64,000 bases of DNA, taken from positions 20,648,001 through 20,712,000 of the forward strand of contig CM052818.1 of NCBI GenBank assembly GCA_028534125.1. The letters are read 5' to 3'. The notes under the pieces were generated by a model. The model searched no databases and was not told where the DNA came from. It worked only from the letters and a program-made list of their open reading frames with translations. Each line of letters starts with the position of its first letter. The stretch's first letter is position 1. The stretch is from Lama glama (taxonomy: Eukaryota). Position numbers and translations under genes: made by a program. Positions 54,600 to 64,000 of the stretch are shown piece after piece.

Positions 54600-57500
54600 A
54601 CGCGAGTGTGCCCAGCCCAGTTCCTCCGGCGCCCTGACCGCCTCTACTACCTCGAGTCCACGGACTGGGGCTCCAAACGCTAGGAGCAGTAGGATTACTG
54701 AACAAGCTGAGGGGATAGGTTAAGGAGCAGACCACATGGCAAGGGGCCATTGGCTTTATCCATATGCCCATCAGAAGCAGAGGACAGATGTAGTCAGCGA
54801 GCACTTGCTCTATCAAAATACTATGCTGGTTTCTTTTTTTTAATTAACTATGGGGGTTGTAGCCAACGAACACATCGAGAAAGAGAAAAGATCATGAAGG
54901 ATCTTGGAGCCTGAAAGGTATTTATGGGCCAGGTTACCCACATCCCAGTAGCTATGACTTACTTACATGGCCACATGTAACTGCAAGGGAGGCTGGGAAA
55001 CAGTCTAGTCAAGTGCCAGGAGGAAGAGAAGAGCACAGCGTTTTGGTGAGCAGAGAGCTATGTCTCCCACTTGGTCCTTTCCCCCAGTGCTGGAGATTAG
55101 GACGATCTATGTGGGTTAGCTAACCCTCAGTGCAAACTTGATCCAGTCTTCTTTTGCCTCATTCTTTCCCTATCTTATGTATTAAAAAGAGCCAGAAAGA
55201 CTCTACAGTTGTGGAAAGAGATGCAGGTGCAGGTGTGGGCAAACATAAAGGTGATGAAACAGGAGAAAGAGCAGTGTGCTGGGCTACAGTCGTCTTCCAG
55301 CTCCTCCCTCTCCTTGCCCATTAACCGGCCAAGGTGCTCTCATCTTTGGTGCCAATTGTGGTGTGGTGGGAGACATCGCCTATTGTTTCCTGGGGGGAGG
55401 ATCCACTCTCAATCCCTGCAAGTGAACTTGATCAAGGTCTTCCTTTCCTCCAGGTGAACTCGGAGATGCTGCAGTGCAGCGTCGGGTGGAAGTGTCGGAT
55501 GGTGAGTGACTTACAAGGCACCAACTTCAGATGTAATACTACTCTGTACTTTGAACTTTCAAGGAAGCTTTTATATCTATCCCTCTTTGATTACTCCCTT
55601 CTCAACCACAAGTTCAGGGCAAATATCATTATCTCCATTTTACAGATGAGGGTCACTGGGACTCAGAGAAGGTAAGGGACTCAAGTGCACAGGATGAGAG
55701 CCCAGAGCAGCACCTGGTTCCCTAGACAGGGCCTCCCTCCCATGCTCACCCTTCCCCCATTTATCTGTGTCTGATCAGGGCACTAGTGGGTGGCTGTTCT
55801 ACAAGTTCCCTGGAAACTAAGTCTCCAAGGAGGCCTCATTGCCCTGCAAGGCAAAGGCTGCTGCTCCAGTGGGCGGGTTGCGTGGAGACACTGGCCCAGA
55901 CAGGAGAGCAGGCTGTCCCACCCCGCCTCAGCTGCTGCCGCCCACCTGGCCTGGGCGGTGAGGACATTAATGAAGGAGGGCTGGTTGGGGTACGTTGCAC
56001 CTGGTCCAGCAGGCACTGCACTGGGCCGCACCAAGCGGCAAAACAGATGCTCAGAACACGACCTTTGCCGTCTGAGGAACTTAGAGCTCCTGGCACCCTG
56101 CTCATTGCTTTTCTTGGGGGTAGGGTGGGCGCTCACTTCACCCCTCTCTGCGTGAGGGTAGCTGCCGCTCAAGTTCTTATCTCACTGAAGGATTTTCTTT
56201 TAAAAGTCAACCTTTGTCCACTTCTCTCCTTTCCCCTCCCCTGTCTTTTCTTTCCCTGAACCTGTTGCACTTCTGTTGTTAACTTCTAACAAAGGGAGCT
56301 TTTCTGGATTGTTTTATTCTTGCAGATGCAAACAAGCTAACCAGGAGAGCCAAGCCAGGTCCAGCTGATGCCGGCCTGTGTAGGTGGGATGCAGGAACCA
56401 AGCATTGGAAGCCCTCTTCTGGGACTTGACATTTCCCAGAGAGCTTGGAAAAATCAGGGAAGCCCTGCCCAGGACTAGGTCCCTTTAACCTCGAGGGTGT
56501 GGTCACTCAGGGCCCTGCATGGTGGGAGGGTCCCGGTGCCTGGAGTCTAGTGAAGGAAGGAGAAAGGGTATTTTCCTCCTCACTCCCTGAAAACCATGCC
56601 AGCTCCTTTTCCTGACCCGCGCCCTGCACCCCTCATCCTGTTTGGCTCAGCTTAGATGGCATTTCTTCCAAGTGAAATGCTCCCCCATCAGCCCTGAGTA
56701 CTAGTCTACCTGTTGGTTTCCTCCAAAGGCAGAACTACAGCAAAGCTAATATGGCCTAAATTTTAGGGCCCCTCCCTTGCTCCTTCCAAGGCCCTGTTCC
56801 TAATTTTATATTCCTAATTTCGTATTCTTTTTCCTAAAGAGGGCTTTTCACATTGTTTAAGCTTCAGGCCACATAAAACCCGGGTCTACCTGTGGTCTTT
56901 CCCATTACCCTGCAAACTCCCTGATTCAGGGACTGTGTCAGATTCCCTGGGGTATTCCTAGGTCCAGGGCAAGGCGAGGCTTTCAATCAAGGTTTGTTAA
57001 ATGAAAAGAACGAAAGGAAGAAAATATCCTTAGCTAGTGCTTAGCTGACCAGTGGTTCTCATTGGAACCCCAGCACTGTCACCTGAGTGCTCTGGACAGG
57101 CTGGCCTGGGACTTCAGGACAGTGCAGTGCAGGGTGGAGGCCAGGTGGGAAGCTCAGGGACTTAGTTCTAGGATCTTGGGCAAACTCCCTACCTCTCAGT
57201 GGGCCCCTGGTTAAGTCAAATGCAGGGGGTTTGTAACAACTGCCTTACAGGATAACCATGGGCCTTGTGTTACAGATGGCGCAGTACCTGACACTGAGTA
57301 GGTCTCAGGAAATTCCTTTATATACTCACTCCCTGAGGAACGCTTTGTTTGTACGCTTTTTATCTCTAGCGCTGACGGCACCCTCAAGGTTACCCTTAGG
57401 GCATTTTAACCAGGTGGCTCCTGCATAGTGGGGTTTACGTCCAGGCACACAAAGGGATTGGCTCTGGACCCAGGACCCCACTGAGGATGGCCCTGAGACC

Positions 57501-58209
57501 AAGTCTGGGGTTCCCCCACCCCCATACCCAGCTCCTTCCTACATTAAGATAGAGGGCTGCAGGAAAAATTCAGGGAACTCGAATACAAATATAAATAATA
57601 AGGGAACAAATCATGTGGCTAACCAGCTTCCGTTTGCAGCTGTGGTTGGCTTTTCCAGCTATTTGACTGAACTGGAGCCCTCAATGGCTGTAAAGTAGTC
57701 ATTTTCCTCTGTCTCTCAGAGAAGAAACTGAGACTGATACGGTGTCAAACCACCTGCCTCACTAAGCCCCAGAGTTGGCGGGCGGCAGACCTGGAACCGC
57801 AGGCCAGGTCCAGGCCCTTGCCACCCTGGCTGGTCACGGCCTCCTGCCCCCTGTCCCTCAGCGCAGGATTGACACACACACCGCTCAATTCTTTTAAGTT
57901 TCCACACGGACTCCCTTGTCTCGTGGGAACCAGGGCACCTGCCAGTGTAAGAACTGACCTTGCCTGCCCAGCATGGAGCTTGTCTTTGCGGTTTTTCTCT
58001 AACAAGAATGGAGAAGTGGTCAATGTTTCTCACGTTTTCCTCTGGTGACGTCCACACAGTCTGTGTTTGCATGTGCCAGAGCTTGAAAATTCAACAGCTC
58101 GGTGGGGAGGGTGGCAGAAGGCAGAGCTGGGGGAGGGGGGCAATTTACCATTTACTGCAACATGAGTTCCGCTATTCACTTTTTATGTAGGAACAGTAGT
58201 AGCAGTAAC

Positions 58210-59330
58210 AATAACAATCAATAAAAGGACAAAATACATGAAGCAGTGATTTTTTTTTTTTCAAGATGCTGGGTGTCAGGCAGCAATGAACAGTGATCCC
58301 TCTGAACTGGGGAACAAACCAGGTAAGCCCTGTGACTGACCCAGCCTGAAGCCTTGAGAGAATTTCCAGGCCATAGTGCAATGAGGGGAATGCAGAGCCT
58401 GGTGGACTGCTGAGCTGAGGAGGTGGGGCTGACTGTCTGGGGAGAGCACAGTGGCTAGAGCTGGTATGAATGACAGTACTGGAGAGGTGAGAACTACACA
58501 GAGGGGCTGCTCAGAATTCGGGCCCTGATTAGTGTGAGGATTAGTGTTCGTGGGGAAACCACTGGCCTGGGAAAGAACCTCCTGAAAGGATTAGAGGGAG
58601 TAGTGCCTGGTGCTAGGAAAGCTGCCTCTTCCCACCAGCCAGAGTGAGAAAGCTCATCATGCACAGTGCCTCAGATCGAGTGCTTAGAAAGGCCTCGCCC
58701 TATTAGTCAGGAACAGTTAGCCCTAGACTCAGCGCTGCACCGTCTCTGCCTAACAATTAAAAAATAAGACTCAAAGGAATCGAGCTATTTCCAAATAACA
58801 TAGCTATGCCCCAGAGCAAAGCTTAAGAATACTTAAGGGAAAACACAAATACCCGTTGTACAACAACTTAAAATTCAGTGTCTCACATCCAATCAAAAAT
58901 GACCAGGTATGCAAAGAAGCAAGAAAATATGTCCTATGGTAAGGAGAAAAATGAATCAATTGAAACTGACAGAGATGTCAGAATTAGCAAAGACGTTAAA
59001 ATGGTTATTATAAATGAATACCATATGTTCAAAAGGTTAAATAGAGAGAGACTATTAAAAAGACCCCAGTCAAACATCTAGAGATACAAATCTGAGAAGA
59101 ATACATCAGATGCGGTTAATGGCAAATCAGACATTGCAGAAGAAAAGGTTGAGTGAATCTGAAGACATATCAATAGAAATGATCCAAAATGTAACAGAGA
59201 GAGAGAAAAAAATCCTTTTTAATGAAAAGGTAGTCAACTAAGGTGTGGAACAACTTTAAGCAGCCTGGTATATATGTAACTAGAGTCCTGGAAGGAGAGG
59301 AAAGGTTGGGAAGGACAGAATAAATACTCA
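58210..59330 (+). mobile_element. Old L1M 5' region / ORF1 remnant
   Basis: A-rich sequence with typical old-L1 ORF1-region text (CATCCAATCAAAAATGACCAGGTATGCAAAGAAGCAAGAAAATATG; AGACATTGCAGAAGAAAAGGTTGAGTGAATCTGAAGACAT). Confidence 0.7.
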
Positions 59331-60780
59331 GATCCAACACACTACCTTCTTTTATTTTTGACATTTTCAATGTAGGCAACTAACTTGAAAATTGAAAACT
59401 TCTTGTAGGACAGACATGCTGGTAGGCTGTTGGTTTGAGGTCACTGGCATAATGGCATGAAGAAGAGGGGATACCTTGCATGGCAGTACAACTGCATACT
59501 GGGGGCAATTGCTTTTCTCCCAGAGTACCACTGCCCAAACTGAGGCTGTCATCAGAGCTGCTTAGTAAGATGCTGAGTCTACTTTGTGCTTTGATGGAAC
59601 TTGAAAGACAAGAACACTAACAGGAACAGAATACTCAAGGCAGTATCTCATAGGGTATAACTGGTATAGTATTAAATGTAAATATAAGCCCCACTGGTGT
59701 AGAGCAAGTGAGAGGTGGGGTCCTGGCTAACTCAAGGGCAGGGACTGCTCCGTGAAGACTGCCATTTTGACTTTTCCTCTGAAGGGAGAAGGTGTACCCT
59801 TTACCTGCAGGTCACAGGCTCAAAATCAGGCTGAATTTAGATATGGCTGAGTTCCCTGCAGTCTCCAGGCTGATTTAAATGCAGATATCTTGCTCTTTCT
59901 TCCTCTAAATTCTTGCCAACCTGTTTTCAACCCATATCTGAATAGCCAATCATTTTTCTAAGGAGATATTCTGAGTTCTGAAAAGAGCTTTTTTTCCTGT
60001 TCCTTTGAAAACCTCCATCTTTTAAAAAATAGAGGGGACATGCTTGATTATTTGCCTGATGACAATGTAAGTCTGTTCTGAAAGAATATTGGGGGAAAAA
60101 AAAAGCCAGTTGAAATTCATTCAAATGCCTTCTCCCATAGCCTCCTGCACTTCAGAAGTTTCAGGACAGCACATGCAGAAGTGCCAAATGCTTTTTTGAA
60201 TCATCCAGCCAAGTGCCCCCAACTAGGTATGTTTCATGTGGTAGAGCATTGTGCAGGGCCAGCTCTACAGCTTGTCAGAAGAGGGTCAGCTCACAGGGAG
60301 TGTGGATGTTGGAGGTTACCTTCCAATTGCCAACCAGCAACCCTACTTCCTCGTTGAGGTTGTTTTGTTCTGCTATTGGTGCAAGGTTATGTTTTTCTCA
60401 GAGGCTGGGTCCTCCCCACTTCTCCAGCCCCAGGGGTGAGTTCCTGATCAGTCTAAGGCTCTAAGCCAATCCCAGGAAGTATCAGGCATGCCCCTTGCCT
60501 GTGATTAGTTTAGGAATGAGTGTATGATATAAAACTATACAGTGAGAAGTGGGAGTGAGGAGTCTTCTGGGGCACTTTCTGAGGAGAAATTGATGAAAAG
60601 AAACAGTTCCTTGATAGTGCCTGAAATACCACTATTAGTGATTATTTTTCCTTTTGAATTAATTATTGTCCTTTTCTTTTAGATTAATATATTTATAACA
60701 CAGATAGCTCTGGAAGGAGTAATACTTGGACTCACATGGTTGTGAATTAGTTGGTCAGCTCTCTAAAAGGATTTAGGTGG

Positions 60781-61267
60781 TATAGTGGGTTGCATGGTGG
60801 TCCCCCAAAGGTAAGTCTACACCCTAATCTCTGGAACCTAATTTTTGGAACTGTGATAGTTACCTTATTTGGGAGAAATGGTCTTTGCAGATGTAATTAA
60901 GTTAAAGATCTGGAGATAAGGAGATATCCTGGATTGTCTGGGTAGACTCTAAAGCCAATGACGAGGTATCCTTATATGAGGGAAGCAGAGGAGATTCACA
61001 GACACAGAGGAGAAGGCTATGTGAAGACAGAGGCAAAGACTGGAGTGATGAAGCCACAAGCCAAGGAGACCAAAGAACGCTGACAGCCCCCAGAAGCTGG
61101 AAGAGGTAGGGGAGGATTCTCTCTTAGAGCCTCCAGAGGGAATAAGGCTGTATGGACACCTTGATCTCAGACTTCTAGCCTCCAGACTGTGAGAGAATAC
61201 AATTTCTGATGCTTGAAACTTCCTAGTTTATGGTAATTTGTTGCAGTCACCACAGGAAACTAAGCCA
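60781..61267 (+). mobile_element. MaLR solo LTR (MLT1C/D-like) with 5-bp TSD
   Basis: TAGTGGGTTGCATGGTGGTCCCCCAAA..CTTTGCAGATGTAATTAAGTTAAAGATC..CCTCCAGACTGTGAGAGAATA..GGAAACTAA; GGTGG on both flanks. Confidence 0.88.
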
Positions 61268-63234
61268 GGTGGCATGGAATTGCTGAGTGTTTAAATGAAA
61301 TCAAGACCCAGAAGGGGAAGCCTGCCGGTCACGACTCTATAGGGTCAGCCTTTCTTCAGAGTCTCAGCCTTGACCCCAAATGGGCCAATTAGCCTATGCC
61401 TTGTCCATCCTCAAAGATGAATTCATAAGCCCTCTGGTCACACATTTCATCCCGACCATGCCTGTAGATGTTACTCCTCACCTTGGTCATATGTCTCTCA
61501 GATGCACACCCCTGGGCACAAGGAAGTGAGATAAAACAGTATGGGAGATTGTTCAGTACAAACTTTTCTCATTTCTGGGGGTACAACTCATAGGGCCCCG
61601 TCTCTCTAAGAGCCTTCCCGTTTCCATAAGAAAAAGAACACAGATTCACTCCTCTAGGTGAATCTGCCCAGGTAACTGACATGGTTGGAGACTCATGCAG
61701 CTGGAAGTATAAGTTGGGAGCAAAGGAACTAATGCTTGCCGTGCAGGTACCGTGAGCCTGGCCCGGTGCTGATGCTTTACCTATCCAATCTCATTCAATT
61801 CTCACAAGAATCACATGAGGTGGGTAGTAGTAGTATTCCCCTTTTCATGGGACCACGGGTCACTCGGAAAGGAAATGATAAGGTAGTTGCCTACCTTGGG
61901 CTTTGCAGCTTGTTTCAACCCAGGTCTGGTGAGCAGGACAGGTGTGAGCCACAAGCCTGTTTGAAAAGGGAGGCAGTTCTGTTGACTTCCATTCCACTTT
62001 CCCTGAGCTCCAATCCACCCTCCCTCAGCCTACGGAACACACTGTCCTGGGACAGGTCTATTCACCCTGTTTAAACAGGGCCATTGGCTTTCAGGGTGGT
62101 GTCACAGGGAACAGTGCCAGACTCTCCCACCAACCCTTGTAGGAAATTTTCCAGTGAGCATCAGCTAAATTTTTAAGAGAAGAAGTTTCAGCATACCATG
62201 AAGAATGTAAGTTTTTAACCCCCAATTTCCTGGTCAGTATCACCAATTTCTCTCTTGTACCCCAAAGTTTGGGAAAATGATGCTTCCTTTTCATGGCCTA
62301 TCTCCTTTGGGAGGTAACTGTCCTTTCCCAGGAAACTGTTCAACTGTCTGATTTTCAAATCAAGCAGCCACACACTTGTTCCTTCAGTTAATACGCTTGG
62401 TTCAGAAAAAGCAGGTGGAAGGTATCTCTGGAAAACTGTTCTTGGAATATGCATTAAGACTGGTCTCTCCTTCACCAGTCTGTTTGCTCTATTTAGCTGC
62501 AGAGTTTACCAAAAACTCTTCTGGTCACTGCCCAGCAGGATCTGCAGTTCAGCTTTCCTTAGAACTTGGACTGGATCCAGGTTCTAAGTCCCTGCCTGAC
62601 CAGTTACCAGCTTTGTGATTCCTACTGAATCACTTAATGGCTCTGAGCCTCAGTGTCCTCATCTATACAAAAGAGGCGAGTCATCCCTGCCACCTACTCA
62701 CAGTGCTGACTTCAAACAATGAGACAACACACTGAAAACTCTAGAAGCCTATGCAGAAGTTAATAATATCTTTGTGAAAAACCTTGTCCCACTAGGATAT
62801 TAGCTGTCACCTCTTTGCTCAGCGTTCAGCACTGGTCAGAGAGCCTCAACTCCAATAGCTTATAGTACAATATAGAGAGGACAACTCTTCACATCCATTT
62901 ACACTAATGGCTCAGCTGTGGTCTACTCTGAGTTGCAGTTGAATAGCCTAAAACAGGATACTATACCATGGGGTGGGGGTTGGGAGAGATGTCTTTGGAT
63001 GTCCCTAAGGAGACATCCTTTGTCACCGTATAGGAACCCACACAGCACCATTTCTGATAGTGGCATCAAGTGTCAGCTGGACCCCTTCTGTTAACTCTCT
63101 TTAAGGGTCACTGTCTCATGTGGGTCAGTTATGACTGTTAACAAATGCTCTATAAGTGAGAATCCAAACCTATGTCTACTTTTTTTTTTCTTGCTGGAGT
63201 CACATAGAGAAGGTTTGCCTCCTTTTTTAAGGAT

Positions 63235-64000
63235 ACTTTCTTTTTCAGATATTTCATTGTTAGTATATAGAAATGCAACTGATTTCTGTATGTTGGTTTT
63301 ATATTCTGCAACTTTACTGAATTCATTGATTAGTTCTAACAGTTTTTTGATGGTGTATTTAGGATTTTCTACATATAAGATCATAGTATCTGCAAACAGA
63401 CATAATTTTACTTCCTTTTCAATTTGGATGCTTTTTATTTCTTTTTCTTGCCTAACTGTTCTGGCTAAGACTTCCAGGGCCATGTTGAATAGGAGTAGTG
63501 AGAGAGGGCACCCTTGTTTTGTTCCTAATCCTAGAAGAAAAGCTTTCAACCCTTTACTTTGAGTATGATATTAGCAGTGGGGTTGTCATACATGGCCTTT
63601 CTTATGTTGAGGTACATTCCTTCTATACTCATTCTTCCTTCTAAACTTAACTTATTAAGATTTTTTTTAATCGTGAAAGGAGGCTGTATTTCATCAAATG
63701 CTTTTTCTGCATCTATTGAGATGATCATATAATTTTTATCTTTTATTCTATTAATGTGGTGTATCACATTTATTGATTTGCATATGTTGAACCATTCTTA
63801 AATCTCAGGGATAAATCCCATTTGATCATGATGTTATTGAATTTGATTTGCTAATGTTTTGTTGAAAATGTATGCATGTATAGTCATCAGTGACATTAGT
63901 CTATAGTTTTCTTTTAGTGTCCTTATCTGGCTTTGGCATCAGGGTAATGGTGGCCTTGTAAAATGAGTTTGGAAGTGTTCCTTCCTCTTCAATCTTTTGG
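63235..64000 (-). mobile_element. L1 ORF2 RT-region fragment, degenerate, continuing past the window end
   Basis: Frameshifted ORFs give [24 protein letters not shown] and [44 protein letters not shown], which are L1 RT motifs. Confidence 0.93.

Overview
Mammalian genomic DNA, very probably from a camelid (alpaca, llama or camel), judging by a tRNA-Ala-derived vic-1-type SINE and the absence of Alu, Bov-tA and PRE-1 elements. The only supportable protein-coding feature is the first coding exon of PRKCE (protein kinase C epsilon, N-terminal C2-like domain) on the minus strand, 47034->46687. It lies in a CpG island of about 2.9 kb that holds the promoter and 5' UTR. Positions 1-46686 are the start of the long first coding intron, and about 49100-64000 is upstream DNA containing a strong CTCF site at about 54.6 kb. 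The rest is typical eutherian repeat content (L1, L2, MIR, MLT1 LTRs, MER DNA transposons) plus a 500-N assembly gap. I found no convincing novel gene or biological system. The most interesting observations are regulatory or structural: a candidate 5'-UTR intron with tandem donors that would switch uORFs, a 58-bp Z-DNA-prone tract in the promoter, and a young L1 whose target-site duplication brackets the gap. Repeat family names and boundaries were recognised by eye and are approximate.
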